This document shows positions 19,015 to 28,298 of a stretch of DNA of 34,395 nt, piece after piece. The notes beneath the pieces are model-generated. The model was not told where the DNA came from. It worked only from the letters and a program-made list of their open reading frames with translations, and searched no databases. The stretch is from Armatimonadota bacterium (lineage in GTDB: Bacteria > Sysuimicrobiota > Sysuimicrobiia > Sysuimicrobiales > Humicultoraceae), in NCBI GenBank assembly GCA_052386995.1, contig JBQTJP010000216.1, forward strand, positions 1 through 34,395, in the 5' to 3' direction. The position numbers and the translations under genes are program-made. Positions within the stretch are counted from its first letter, which is position 1. Each line of letters starts with the position of its first letter.

Positions 19015-19725
19015 ATGCGGGCCCTCGTGGTGATTCCGCTCTTCAACGAGGCGGCGACGCTTGTAGGGGTGCTCGAGCAGGTCCGGGAGGCCGCCCCGGC
19101 CGCGGATATCCTGGTGGTGGACGATGGATCGACAGACCGGTCGCCGGAGATCCTGCGGCGCTACCCGGAGGTCTCGGTCATCACCCATGCCACTAACCTC
19201 GGCTACGGGCAGTCGCTCATCGACGGCTTCGCCCACGCGATGGCGCGCGACTATGACGCGGTGGTGACGATCGATTGCGACGCCCAGCACGAGCCGCGCC
19301 AGATTCCCCAGTTCCTGGCCGCGCTCGACGATGCGGATATTGTCTCGGGGAGCCGGTATCTCGATCCGGAGGTCGGCGGCGATGACCCGCCGCCAGACCG
19401 GAGGGAGCTGAATCGAAAGATCACGGCGCGGCTCCGGAAGATCACCGGCCACCCGATCACCGATGCCTTCTGTGGATTTAAGGCCTACCGGGTCGAGGCA
19501 CTGCGCCGTCTCCATCTGACAGAGCTGTCGTACGGAATGCCGCTGCAGGTGTGGGTCCAGGCCGCGCACCATCGATTGCGCATCAAGGAACTGGCCACTC
19601 CGCGGATCTACAAGAACCCGGAGCGACGATTCTGGGGCGGACTCGATGACGCCGCCGTCCGGCGCCGCTACTACGAGGACGTGCTCGAGCGCGAGGTGCA
19701 GCTGTGGCTCGTCTCCTCGCCCTAG
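19015..19725 (+). CDS. Glycosyltransferase family 2 (DPM1/polyprenol-phosphate glycosyltransferase-like), no TM tail
   Basis: Motifs VIPLFNE, VVDDGSTD, NLGYG, DxD in TIDCDAQH, SGSRY and TDAFCGFKAYR. Alternative start GTG 19012. Confidence 0.92.
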   Translation: MRALVVIPLFNEAATLVGVLEQVREAAPAADILVVDDGSTDRSPEILRRYPEVSVITHATNLGYGQSLIDGFAHAMARDYDAVVTIDCDAQHEPRQIPQFLAALDDADIVSGSRYLDPEVGGDDPPPDRRELNRKITARLRKITGHPITDAFCGFKAYRVEALRRLHLTELSYGMPLQVWVQAAHHRLRIKELATPRIYKNPERRFWGGLDDAAVRRRYYEDVLEREVQLWLVSSP

Positions 19726-20387
19726 GTCCGCATCCCGACGACATCGAGATCGCGATGGGCGGCACGATCTGCCTGCTGCTGGCCCAGGGGCACGAGGTCG
19801 TGCTCTGCGACCTGACGGACGGCGAGCCGACGCCGCTGGGCACGCCCGAGCGCCGCGCCGTCGAAGCCGCGAAGGCCGCCGGGCTGCTCGGGGTTGGCCG
19901 GCGGATCACCCTCGATCTCCCCAATCGCTCGCTGGAGCACACGCTGGAAGCCAGGCATCTCGTGGCCGAAGTCATTCGCGACGTGCGGCCCGATGCGCTG
20001 TTCATCCCCTACTGGGTGGACGCGCATCCCGATCATGTCGCGGCGTGCGCCATCGGCGAGGCCGCGCGATTCTGGGCCAAACTCACCAAGACCGATATGC
20101 GCGGCGAACCGCACTACCCCGCGCGCGTGTACCACTTCTTCAGCACGCACTACGCTCTGCATGTCAAGCCCTCGTTTATCGTCGACATCTCTGGCTACAT
20201 GGACTCCAAGATGGCCGCGGTCACCGCCTACGCCTCGCAGTTCAGCGATGCGCGCGGCAACACATGGGTCCTGGACGCGGTCCGTGAGTTTGCACGCTAC
20301 TTCGGTCGCCTGATCGGTCGAGCGTACGGGGAGCCGTTCGTCTGCCGCGAGGAGATCGGCGTCGTCCGATGGGACGGCATTCTCTGA
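19704..20387 (+). CDS. bshB1: PIG-L/LmbE family N-acetylglucosaminyl deacetylase, BshB1-like
   Basis: Metal-binding and family motifs GPHPDDIE, DLTDGE, GTPERRAVEA, DAHPDH, VDIS...K...AYASQF and YGEPF. Confidence 0.8.
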   Translation: MARLLALGPHPDDIEIAMGGTICLLLAQGHEVVLCDLTDGEPTPLGTPERRAVEAAKAAGLLGVGRRITLDLPNRSLEHTLEARHLVAEVIRDVRPDALFIPYWVDAHPDHVAACAIGEAARFWAKLTKTDMRGEPHYPARVYHFFSTHYALHVKPSFIVDISGYMDSKMAAVTAYASQFSDARGNTWVLDAVREFARYFGRLIGRAYGEPFVCREEIGVVRWDGIL

Positions 20388-21952
20388 TGACCCCGCCCGG
20401 CGTGGGTCCGATGGAGTGGCCGCCCATGGAAGTCGACATCCCGAGCACCTCGCCCGCGGCGGTGGGCACGCCGCCCTTCGCCGGGTGGCTCGGACTGGCC
20501 AGAGCGAACCGCGCGGCTCTCGACGCGACGACGACAGAGATCGCCGGGATCCGCCTTGATGATTTACGCCGCGCGGCCCGCGAGGAGATTCTGCCGCTGG
20601 CCGCAGCGTATACCCGCGCGCTGGGCCGTGACGTGCCCGCCTTCGGATCGGACCTCGTCATTGCCACGGGCCATCAACCCGTGTTCGTCCATCCGGGCAT
20701 CTGGATCAAGTACCTGGCCATGGCGCGCGTTGTGCCGGCCGGAGGCGCGGGCCTGAACGTCATCGTGGACAGCGACGCCACCGACGAGATCGCCGCTGAA
20801 GGGCCACGGGCCGACGGTCGCCTCGCGCGGGCGCGTGTGACGCTGGCGCACCCGGGTCAGGAGGTGCCCGCGGAACTGCTGCCGTCGCCGACCGCGGAGG
20901 AGTGGCGCACGTTCGCCGCGGCGATCGATGATCACCTGTCGACCATCACTGAGCCCGCTATCGTCGAGGGATGGCATCGAGCGCGCGCGCACCTGCCTCC
21001 GCCCACGGGCGAGGGATTGCCTGGAGCGGTAACCGCGTGGCGCCGCGCGCTGGAGGGACCGAGGCCCTACCTGGACATTCCGGTTTCGTTCCTTGTCCGC
21101 TCGAGATCGTTCCGGTGGTTCGCGAGCGCGATCCTGCGCGAGCCCCGTCGTTTCGCCTCCGTCCACAACGCGTGTCTTGTCGCGTATCGCGAGCACTACG
21201 GGGTGCGGACCCCGGCCCAGCCGTTCCCCGATCTGGAAATCGACCAGGAGCACGTGGAAGCCCCGTTCTGGTACGTCGGCGAGGGCCGGCGCTGGCCGCT
21301 CTTCGTGAACGAGCGCACCGGACGGCTGGTCGCGCGCGGCCGCGACGTCGGGACGCTGCCGTCTGACCCGGACGATCCGGCGTTTGCGTCCGTCCCGCTG
21401 CGACCTCGCGCGCTCACGATGACGGCGTTTAAGCGCCTCGTGGTCGCCGATCTGTTCATCCACGGGATCGGCGGCGGGCGATACGACCGCGCGACCGACG
21501 CAATCGTGCGCGAGTTCTTTGGGATTGCTCCGCCGGCCTACGCGATCGCCACGGCCACGCTGTTTCTGCCGTTCCGCGACGCCGCCCCACCCGATGAAGG
21601 GCGCCACCGGCTCCACCGCACGCTGCTCGATCTGCAGCACAATCCGGATCGTTTTCTGTCCGCGGACAGCGGTCCCCACCGCGAGCTCGTCGCAGAGAAG
21701 TGGTCGCTGATCCGCGAGCTCGAGAAGTCCGATGGATCCACCCGCCGCCAGCGCCGCGCCGCGACACAGCGCATCAGGGAGATCAATACCATCCTGCAGG
21801 TCGCTGTCGCGGGTCAGATCGAGGCGGTCCAGGAAGCGCTACGCCACGTGGATCGCCGGCAAGAAGACGCCGAGGTCACCGGGTACCGCGGGTATCCGTT
21901 CTTCCTTCACCGCATCGAGTCGGTCGAGGCGCTGGTGGACCTGCTGCGGTGA
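20387..21952 (+). CDS. Hypothetical protein, possibly a distant BshC-like ligase (521 aa)
   Basis: ATG overlaps the deacetylase stop (TGATG). Motifs VIATGHQP, HPGIWIK, VDSD and LRPRAL...FIHGIGGGRYD and a late coiled coil occur in the same order as BshC motifs. The CDS is solid; the product is inference. Confidence 0.6.
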   Translation: MTPPGVGPMEWPPMEVDIPSTSPAAVGTPPFAGWLGLARANRAALDATTTEIAGIRLDDLRRAAREEILPLAAAYTRALGRDVPAFGSDLVIATGHQPVFVHPGIWIKYLAMARVVPAGGAGLNVIVDSDATDEIAAEGPRADGRLARARVTLAHPGQEVPAELLPSPTAEEWRTFAAAIDDHLSTITEPAIVEGWHRARAHLPPPTGEGLPGAVTAWRRALEGPRPYLDIPVSFLVRSRSFRWFASAILREPRRFASVHNACLVAYREHYGVRTPAQPFPDLEIDQEHVEAPFWYVGEGRRWPLFVNERTGRLVARGRDVGTLPSDPDDPAFASVPLRPRALTMTAFKRLVVADLFIHGIGGGRYDRATDAIVREFFGIAPPAYAIATATLFLPFRDAAPPDEGRHRLHRTLLDLQHNPDRFLSADSGPHRELVAEKWSLIRELEKSDGSTRRQRRAATQRIREINTILQVAVAGQIEAVQEALRHVDRRQEDAEVTGYRGYPFFLHRIESVEALVDLLR

Positions 21953-22656
21953 ACGACCTGTCCGGCGGTGACGTCGCGGTACTCCTCTCCGGCGTCACCA
22001 AGACGTATGGCCACCGGCCGGTGCTGCGCGGCGTCGACCTCGAGTTGCGGATGGCCGAGACGGTCGCCGTGCTGGGGGCTAATGGGTCGGGGAAGTCGAC
22101 GCTGCTGCGTCTGGTCGCGACGCTGGCTGCGCCCACCCGCGGGACGGCAGTCTGGTTTGGCCAGCCGGCAGCACCGTCATCGATCGTGCGCCGCCGCATC
22201 GGGCTGCTGCCGCACGAGTCCCTTCTCTACGACGGGCTGACGGTCGAGGAGAACCTCCGATTCTTCGCGGGCCTCTACGGCGTTCCGGCGTCGGGCGTTG
22301 ATCGCGCCATCGCCTCCGCCGGGCTCGATCCGCTGCGCGGCCGGCGGGCGCGGATCCTCTCGCGCGGCCAGCGCCAGCAGGTCGATCTCGTGCGCGGCTT
22401 GCTCCATGACCCGCAGCTCTTGATCCTCGACGAGCCCTTCACGGGTCTTGATCTCGATGCCGCCCGGCGCCTGGAGGGGATGATCCGCCAGGGGACGGGG
22501 GACCGCGCCGTGCTCTTTGCGACGCACGACCTCGGTGAGGCGCAGGCGCTGGCCGGACGAGCGGCGGTGCTGAGGGACGGCCGCCTGAGTGACGCCGTGT
22601 CGCCAGGGTCGCTGGATGCCGCGCAGCTGGCGCGGTGGTTCGCCGGAAGACGGTGA
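21949..22656 (+). CDS. ccmA: Heme ABC exporter ATP-binding subunit CcmA
   Basis: Walker A GANGSGKST, signature LSRGQRQ, Walker B LILDEPFTGLD and H-loop ATH. Precedes ccmB. Confidence 0.9.
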   Translation: MNDLSGGDVAVLLSGVTKTYGHRPVLRGVDLELRMAETVAVLGANGSGKSTLLRLVATLAAPTRGTAVWFGQPAAPSSIVRRRIGLLPHESLLYDGLTVEENLRFFAGLYGVPASGVDRAIASAGLDPLRGRRARILSRGQRQQVDLVRGLLHDPQLLILDEPFTGLDLDAARRLEGMIRQGTGDRAVLFATHDLGEAQALAGRAAVLRDGRLSDAVSPGSLDAAQLARWFAGRR

Positions 22657-22679
22657 GCAGGGAGGCAGGAGCGGGCGCG

Positions 22680-23330
22680 ATGCGCCTCTTGTGGCTGATG
22701 CTCGGCAAAGACCTGCGCCTCGAATGGCGGACGCGCGAGATCGTCACCACGATGGGACTCCTCGCGCTGCTGCTGGTGATCATTCTGGCAGCGGCGGGAA
22801 CCGACGCCGCCGCCTCCGCGCCCGCGGCCATGTGGGTGACGTACGCGTTCGCCGCCTCCATCGGGTTGGGGCGCACGTTTGCCGCCGAGCGCGACGACCT
22901 GGCCGCGCTTCGGCTGGCGCCGGTCGATCGGGGCATGATCTTCGCGTCCAAGGCCCTGGCGAACTGGACCGTGCTGACCGCGGTGCAGGTCGTCTCGATC
23001 CCGGCGTTTGGCGCCCTGTTCACCGAGGCCATCTGGATGCGTCTGCCGGCGCTTGCGCTGCCGCTCGCGCTCGGCGGCGCGGGCCTGGCGGCGGCCGGCA
23101 CGCTGTTTGGCGGGATCGTCGCGCAGACGCGGTTGCGTGATGCGCTCCTGCCGATCCTGATGCTGCCGGTCATTCTCCCGGTCCTGATCGCGGCCGTCGG
23201 TGCGACGGCAGGCATCATCGATGGCCAGCCGCTGGAGACGCTGCGTCCTCAATTGCAGCTGTTGGGCGCTTTCGACATGCTCTTTGCTGCCTCGAGCCTG
23301 CTTCTGTTCGATGCCATCGTCGATGAATAG
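22680..23330 (+). CDS. ccmB: Heme exporter permease CcmB
   Basis: KDLRLEWR, FAAERD and LLPILMLPVILPVLI, with about 6 TM helices. Alternative start GTG 22653. Confidence 0.92.
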   Translation: MRLLWLMLGKDLRLEWRTREIVTTMGLLALLLVIILAAAGTDAAASAPAAMWVTYAFAASIGLGRTFAAERDDLAALRLAPVDRGMIFASKALANWTVLTAVQVVSIPAFGALFTEAIWMRLPALALPLALGGAGLAAAGTLFGGIVAQTRLRDALLPILMLPVILPVLIAAVGATAGIIDGQPLETLRPQLQLLGAFDMLFAASSLLLFDAIVDE

Positions 23331-23394
23331 AGTGAGAGGCAGGAGCCTTCTGGGTACATAGCGAACGGCAGCGCGAGGAACCGGAGGTGGCGTC

Positions 23395-24747
23395 ATGAAA
23401 GCCAGGATCCTGATCCTGATGCTCGTCGTCGGCGTCGCTCTGGGCATCGGTCTCGCGCGTGTGCCACACAGACGGCCCACCACCGCTACCGCACAGCAAC
23501 CCGCGCAGACGGAATTCGACCAGATGATCACCCAGAATGCGCAGAAGATGCTCGAGGAAGGGAAACAGATCTTCCGCTTCGATACGTTCGGCGATGAGGC
23601 GTTCTGGAGCGACACGCTGCGGCTGCACCGGGTCATCGCGGGCGCGAAGCTCGGCGGCGTGGGGCCGGGCGTCAGTCCCAAGACCGCTCTCTCTGTGGGC
23701 CTGAAAGTCGACATGGATGCGCTTCCGGCAGCCCTCGTTGACCAGATCAAAGCCGGTCAGGTGAATCTGGAGGACCCTGCCACCACCGTCGCCTTGCTGA
23801 AGCTCAACGCGGTGGTGGGTGTCGTCGGACGCGTCCGGGAAGACGGACGTCTCCAGTCGATCGGCCTCACCTGTGCGGTGTGCCACTCCACGGTGGATAA
23901 CGCGTTTGCCCCGGGGATCGGTCACCGGCTGGATGGCTGGGGCAACCGGGATCTCAATGCCGGCGCCATCATTGCGCTGTCGCCCAATCTCAAGGCGATC
24001 GCCGATCTCCTGCGCGTCAACGAGGCGACGGTGAAGAAGGTGCTCATGAGCTGGGGGCCCGGGAAGTTCGACGCCGAGCTGGATAAGGATGGGAAGGCGT
24101 TCCGGCCCGATGGCAAACCGGCCGCGACGATCATTCCCAACGCCTTCGGGCTGGCCGGGGTGAACCTCCATACCTGGACGGGTGCGTGGGGCACGGTGAC
24201 GTACTGGAACGCCTATGTTGCCAACACGGAGCTGAGAGGGAAAGGAACGTTCTATGATCCACGCTTGAGGGATCCGAAGAAATATCCCGTCAGCGCGAGG
24301 ACCGGGGCCTGGAATATCCGTAATACTCCCGACCTGGTGAGCTCGAAGCTGGCCGCGCTGCATTACTACCAGCTTGCCATCCCTGCGCCCAAGCCGCCCG
24401 CTGGATCCTTCAACCCCGAGGCGGCGGTAAGAGGCAAAGCGGTGTTCGAAGTCAAAGCCAGGTGCGCGACCTGCCACGTGCCGCCCCTCTATGTCGAACC
24501 GGGCTGGCCGCTGCACACGGGGAAGGAAATCGGCATCGATGACTTTCAGGCCAACCGGGCGCCGGACAACCGGTATCGAACCGCGCCGCTGCCGGGGCTG
24601 TGGACGCGCATCAAGGGGCCCGGCTTCTACCATGATGGGCGTTTTCCCACTCTGCGCGCGGTGGTGGAGCACTACAACCGGTTCCAGAAGCTGAGATTGA
24701 GTGAACAGGAAAAGAACGACCTGGTCGAGTTCTTGAAATCCCTGTAG
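23395..24747 (+). CDS. Exported diheme cytochrome c of the bCcP/MauG superfamily
   Basis: RBS GGAGG, N-terminal signal or anchor, CAVCH (C160) and CATCH (C357). The C-terminus YRTAPLPGLW...YHDGRFPTLRAVVEHYN...LSEQEKNDLVEFLKSL is typical of the superfamily. Confidence 0.8.
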   Translation: MKARILILMLVVGVALGIGLARVPHRRPTTATAQQPAQTEFDQMITQNAQKMLEEGKQIFRFDTFGDEAFWSDTLRLHRVIAGAKLGGVGPGVSPKTALSVGLKVDMDALPAALVDQIKAGQVNLEDPATTVALLKLNAVVGVVGRVREDGRLQSIGLTCAVCHSTVDNAFAPGIGHRLDGWGNRDLNAGAIIALSPNLKAIADLLRVNEATVKKVLMSWGPGKFDAELDKDGKAFRPDGKPAATIIPNAFGLAGVNLHTWTGAWGTVTYWNAYVANTELRGKGTFYDPRLRDPKKYPVSARTGAWNIRNTPDLVSSKLAALHYYQLAIPAPKPPAGSFNPEAAVRGKAVFEVKARCATCHVPPLYVEPGWPLHTGKEIGIDDFQANRAPDNRYRTAPLPGLWTRIKGPGFYHDGRFPTLRAVVEHYNRFQKLRLSEQEKNDLVEFLKSL

Positions 24748-24915
24748 GAGTCCATGCAGCGGATTCAAGGCCAGCCACGCAGTGGCGTTGCTGTGCTTTT
24801 GTGCAGGAACCAGCGTCAATGAAGCGCTGGGATCATCGACGAGCGCCTGGAAGAGTTTGGCGGTGTACAATGAGTGAGACTACACGAGGCTGCTAATTCA
24901 GTCGGGAGCACTTCG

Positions 24916-25575
24916 ATGCGGCTGCTGTTGGTCTTCGGCGTGACCCTCATGCTGGCCGGTATCACCTGGGCGCTCGTCGTCGCGCCGACCGAGGCCGTGC
25001 AGGGCATCCCGCAGCGTATCATGTACGTGCACGTCCCCAGCGTCATTGTCGCGTACGCGGCGTTGCTGCTCGTCGCCGCGGCGAGCGCTCTTTATCTGTG
25101 GCGGCGCGAATCCCGATGGGACCATCTGGCGCACGGGGCGGCCGAACTGGGCGTGCTCTTCATCACCGTGACCTTACTGTCGGGCTCGATCTGGGGACGT
25201 CCGGTCTGGGGCACCTGGTGGACCTGGGACGCGCGCCTGACCACGACGCTCATCCTCTGGTTCATCTACGTCGGCTATCTCATCGTCCGCGCGTGGGCCC
25301 CGGGTGAGCGTGGAGCGCGCGCGGCGGCGGTCATCGGGATCATCGGCGTGCTGGATCTGCCGCTCATTCACTGGTCGGCCATTCTCTTGCGCACCCTGCA
25401 TCCTCAGCCGACGGTGTTCCGGCTCGGGGGGCCCGCGCTGCCTCCGAGCATGCTCGGGCCGCTTGCGTTCAACATCCTCGCGTTCCTGGTGCTGTTTGCG
25501 GCGCTGCTCGTGGTCCGCGTCCGCCAGGAGGGGACGCTGGGCCGGCTCGTGGACACCCTGGAGGGGGCGGGCTAG
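24916..25575 (+). CDS. ccmC: Heme exporter/chaperone subunit CcmC
   Basis: IMYVHVP, WWD motif WGRPVWGTWWTWDARLT and RTLHP. ATG 24916 follows GGGAG. Confidence 0.95.
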   Translation: MRLLLVFGVTLMLAGITWALVVAPTEAVQGIPQRIMYVHVPSVIVAYAALLLVAAASALYLWRRESRWDHLAHGAAELGVLFITVTLLSGSIWGRPVWGTWWTWDARLTTTLILWFIYVGYLIVRAWAPGERGARAAAVIGIIGVLDLPLIHWSAILLRTLHPQPTVFRLGGPALPPSMLGPLAFNILAFLVLFAALLVVRVRQEGTLGRLVDTLEGAG

Positions 25576-25576
25576 C

Positions 25577-25738
25577 GTGTCCTACGTTGCCGCCGCCTAC
25601 CTGCTGGCCGCGGCACTGGTGGCCGGCTACGTGCTCTCCCTGGCCGCGCGGCAGCGGGTCATCGCGGACCTGGCGGAGGCCGCCGCGCATGCCGCGTCCC
25701 CGCGCCCGCGTCACCCGAGCGGAGCACCCCCGCGATGA
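25577..25738 (+). CDS. ccmD: Heme exporter protein CcmD
   Basis: MSYVAAAYLLAAALVAGYVLSLAARQR: one TM helix plus a charged tail, between ccmC and ccmE. Confidence 0.8.
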   Translation: MSYVAAAYLLAAALVAGYVLSLAARQRVIADLAEAAAHAASPRPRHPSGAPPR

Positions 25739-26142
25739 GCACGGCAACGCGAAAGCTCGTCGTCGGTGGTGCCGTCATCGTCGCGGCCCTGGCCTTTGCG
25801 GCCTACCAGGGCGTGCGCTCGTCGATGGTCTATTACCTGACGACGAGCGAGTTCGCCGCCCGGCCCGACCTGCGCGCGGCGCGGGTCCGCCTGGCGGGCC
25901 GCGTGGATGCCGGCTCCGTGGAGAAATCTGGCGGCGCCGTACGCTTCGCGATCACCGACGGCATCACGCTCTACCGGGTAGTGTTCTCCGGACCGCTGCC
26001 AGATCTGTTCGCTGAAGGCCGGCAGATCCTTGTCGAAGGACGTCTCGACGCCGGAGGCGTGCTCGAGGCTTCCCAGGTGATCTCCACGCATCCGGTTGAA
26101 TACAAGGAGAAGTACCCCGACCGTGTCTCCCCGGCACCGTGA
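25735..26142 (+). CDS. ccmE: Cytochrome c maturation heme chaperone CcmE
   Basis: N-terminal TM helix, VYYLT, VRLAGRV, GPLPDLFAEG and heme-binding HxxxY (HPVEY). Confidence 0.93.
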   Translation: MSTATRKLVVGGAVIVAALAFAAYQGVRSSMVYYLTTSEFAARPDLRAARVRLAGRVDAGSVEKSGGAVRFAITDGITLYRVVFSGPLPDLFAEGRQILVEGRLDAGGVLEASQVISTHPVEYKEKYPDRVSPAP

Positions 26143-26151
26143 GCGAGATCC

Positions 26152-26283
26152 GTGACTCCGGGGGCCCTGTTGGCGGCACTCATCCTGATCTGGATCGGTG
26201 TGCTGGCCGTACTGTGGTGGATCGCCGTCCGCATCGAGCAGATCGAGGAGCGCGTCAATTTTCTGGGACCGGCTGAACGGTGA
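26152..26283 (+). CDS. 43-aa single-TM peptide, second CcmD-like protein
   Basis: MTPGALLAALILIWIGVLAVLWWIAVRIEQIEERVNFLGPAER*. Its stop overlaps the ccmF ATG (TGATG) and it fills the ccmE-ccmF gap. Confidence 0.65.
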   Translation: MTPGALLAALILIWIGVLAVLWWIAVRIEQIEERVNFLGPAER

Positions 26284-28298
26284 TGAGCGTCGTGGGTGAG
26301 CTCGGCCGCTTTGCGCTGCACGCGGCGGTGATCACCGCGGTCTACGGCGTGGTCACGACGGCCCTCGGACTCCGCTGGCGTCACGGCGGCTTTCTCGACG
26401 CGGGCCGGCGGGCCGTGGGGGTCTGGGCGTTCCTGATCGCGGTGGCCTCGGCCGTCCTCTTTCTGGGGCTGCTGACGCGCGATATGTCGTTGCGCTTCGT
26501 CGCGCGCGCGAGCGAGTCGACCCAGTCGTTGTTCTATACCGTCACCGCCTTTTGGGGCGGGCACGATGGCGCGCTCCTGTTGTGGGCGCTGATCCTCGCC
26601 GGGTACATGCTCGTGGCGACCAGAAGCCTGCGGGCCCATCCGGAGTTCCAGGGTCCCGCGACCGCGACGCTGCTCGTCATCGCGGGGTTCTTCTCCATCC
26701 TGCTCGCCTGGGTCAGCAATCCATTCAGCCCGCTGATCCCGCCGCCGCCGGATGGCGCCGGCCTCAACCCGCTGCTGCGCAATCCCTGGATGGCGATCCA
26801 CCCGCCGACGCTCTACCTGGGATTTGTCGGCATGAGCGTGCCGTTTGCCATCGCCGTCGCGGCGCTCATCTCCGGCCGCCTCGATGAGGTCTGGGTGCTG
26901 CTCGCGCGACGCTGGGTGCTGGTCGGCTGGACATTTCTCACGCTGGGCCTCCTGTTCGGCGCGAAGTGGTCCTACGTCGTACTCGGCTGGGGCGGGTACT
27001 GGGCGTGGGATCCGGTCGAGAACGCGGCGCTGATGCCGTGGCTGACCGCCACGGCGTTTCTCCACTCGATCCAGATTCAGGAGCGCCGGGGCATGCTGGC
27101 GTCGTGGAACGTCGCCCTCGTCCTCCTGACCTTTGGGCTCACGATCTTTGGGACGTTCCTGGTCCGCAGCGGCGTGCTGTCGTCGATCCACACCTTCGCG
27201 CTCTCCTCCATCGGCATGATCTTTCTTGCGTTTCTGGCGGCGCTGCTCATCGGGTCGTTCGCTCTCCTCGCGTGGCGTTGGGATCGGCTGCGTGCGCACA
27301 GCGCCGTGGAGAGCGTCATCAGTCGCGAAGCGGCCTACCTGGGGAACAACCTGCTGTTCGTGGTGGCGGCGGCGGTGATCCTCATCGGCACGATCTTTCC
27401 CGCGCTCACCGAGGCGGTGCGTGGGGTCAAGATCAACGTCGGGCCTCCGTACTTCAACGTCGTCATGACGCCGATTGCGATCGGCATCTTGCTCTTGATG
27501 GGCCTGGGGCCGCTGCTGCCCTGGCGGCGCGCCACGGCCGACCAGCTGACGCGGAATCTGGCGGCTCCGGCCTCGGCGGCTCTGCTCGGCGCGTTGGCGC
27601 TGGGCGCGCTGGGCATCCGGCGGGCGGACGCACTCCTCCTGTTCGCCATGGCCGCGTTCGTCATGGGCACCATCGTGCTGGAAACGCTGCGGGGGACGCA
27701 GGTCCGCATGCGGCGGGGAGAGGGAGCCCCCGTCGCTCTCGCGCGACTCTTTGCGCGCAACCGCCGCCGATACGGCGGCTACGTCGTGCACTTCGGAATT
27801 CTCTTGATGCTCGTGGGCATCGCGGCCAGCAGCGCGTTCGACACGCAGGCACATGCCGCGCTGCGTCCGGGCGAGCGGTTCGTCGTGGGGCGCTATGCCG
27901 TCGAGTACGAAGGTCTTGTCCACTCGGCGCTTCCCGGCATCGACGTCACCACGGCCGCGGTGCGCATCTGGGCGGGGACGCGGGTGCTCGCAGTGCTCTC
28001 GCCGCGGCGCCTCTTCTACCGGACCCAGGGCGTCCCGATGCACGACGTGGCGATCCGGTCGTCGCCGCGCGAAGACCTCTACGTCATTCTGTCGGAGTGG
28101 GCGCCCGACGGGCGGGCCACGATTCGTGTGCTCGTCCATCCGCTGGTGTCATGGCTGTGGGCCGGCGGCGTTGTCGTGGCGCTGGGTGCGTTGTTCGCCG
28201 CGTTTCCGGACCGGCGACGCCTCTTGCCTCCGCTCGACGCGGCGCCATCCATTCGAACGCAGCCCCTGCCCGCCGGGGGGTCATCGGGCGGGCCGTGA
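26283..28298 (+). CDS. ccmF: Cytochrome c heme lyase CcmF
   Basis: Motifs WGGHDGALLLW, GLNPLL, IHPPTLYLG, WGGYWAWDPVEN, FLHS, RSGVLSSIHTF and YGGYVVHFG. Confidence 0.97.
   Translation: MSVVGELGRFALHAAVITAVYGVVTTALGLRWRHGGFLDAGRRAVGVWAFLIAVASAVLFLGLLTRDMSLRFVARASESTQSLFYTVTAFWGGHDGALLLWALILAGYMLVATRSLRAHPEFQGPATATLLVIAGFFSILLAWVSNPFSPLIPPPPDGAGLNPLLRNPWMAIHPPTLYLGFVGMSVPFAIAVAALISGRLDEVWVLLARRWVLVGWTFLTLGLLFGAKWSYVVLGWGGYWAWDPVENAALMPWLTATAFLHSIQIQERRGMLASWNVALVLLTFGLTIFGTFLVRSGVLSSIHTFALSSIGMIFLAFLAALLIGSFALLAWRWDRLRAHSAVESVISREAAYLGNNLLFVVAAAVILIGTIFPALTEAVRGVKINVGPPYFNVVMTPIAIGILLLMGLGPLLPWRRATADQLTRNLAAPASAALLGALALGALGIRRADALLLFAMAAFVMGTIVLETLRGTQVRMRRGEGAPVALARLFARNRRRYGGYVVHFGILLMLVGIAASSAFDTQAHAALRPGERFVVGRYAVEYEGLVHSALPGIDVTTAAVRIWAGTRVLAVLSPRRLFYRTQGVPMHDVAIRSSPREDLYVILSEWAPDGRATIRVLVHPLVSWLWAGGVVVALGALFAAFPDRRRLLPPLDAAPSIRTQPLPAGGSSGGP

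Noticed and set aside
23215..24870. 551-aa minus-strand ORF
   Set aside because: Antisense to the diheme cytochrome c gene, with no recognisable domain.
24748..24915. Spacer between the diheme gene and ccmC as a small gene, ncRNA or IS end
   Set aside because: No convincing ORF in the frames I read and no terminal inverted repeats. There is only a short CCAGCG/CGCTGG hairpin and a lone TACAAT (24866-24871) without a -35.
25971..28139. 722-aa minus-strand ORF, and most of the 530-aa plus-strand ORF 26966..28558
   Set aside because: Shadows of ccmF. Only the last 87 codons (28295..28558) of the plus-strand ORF look like a real gene.
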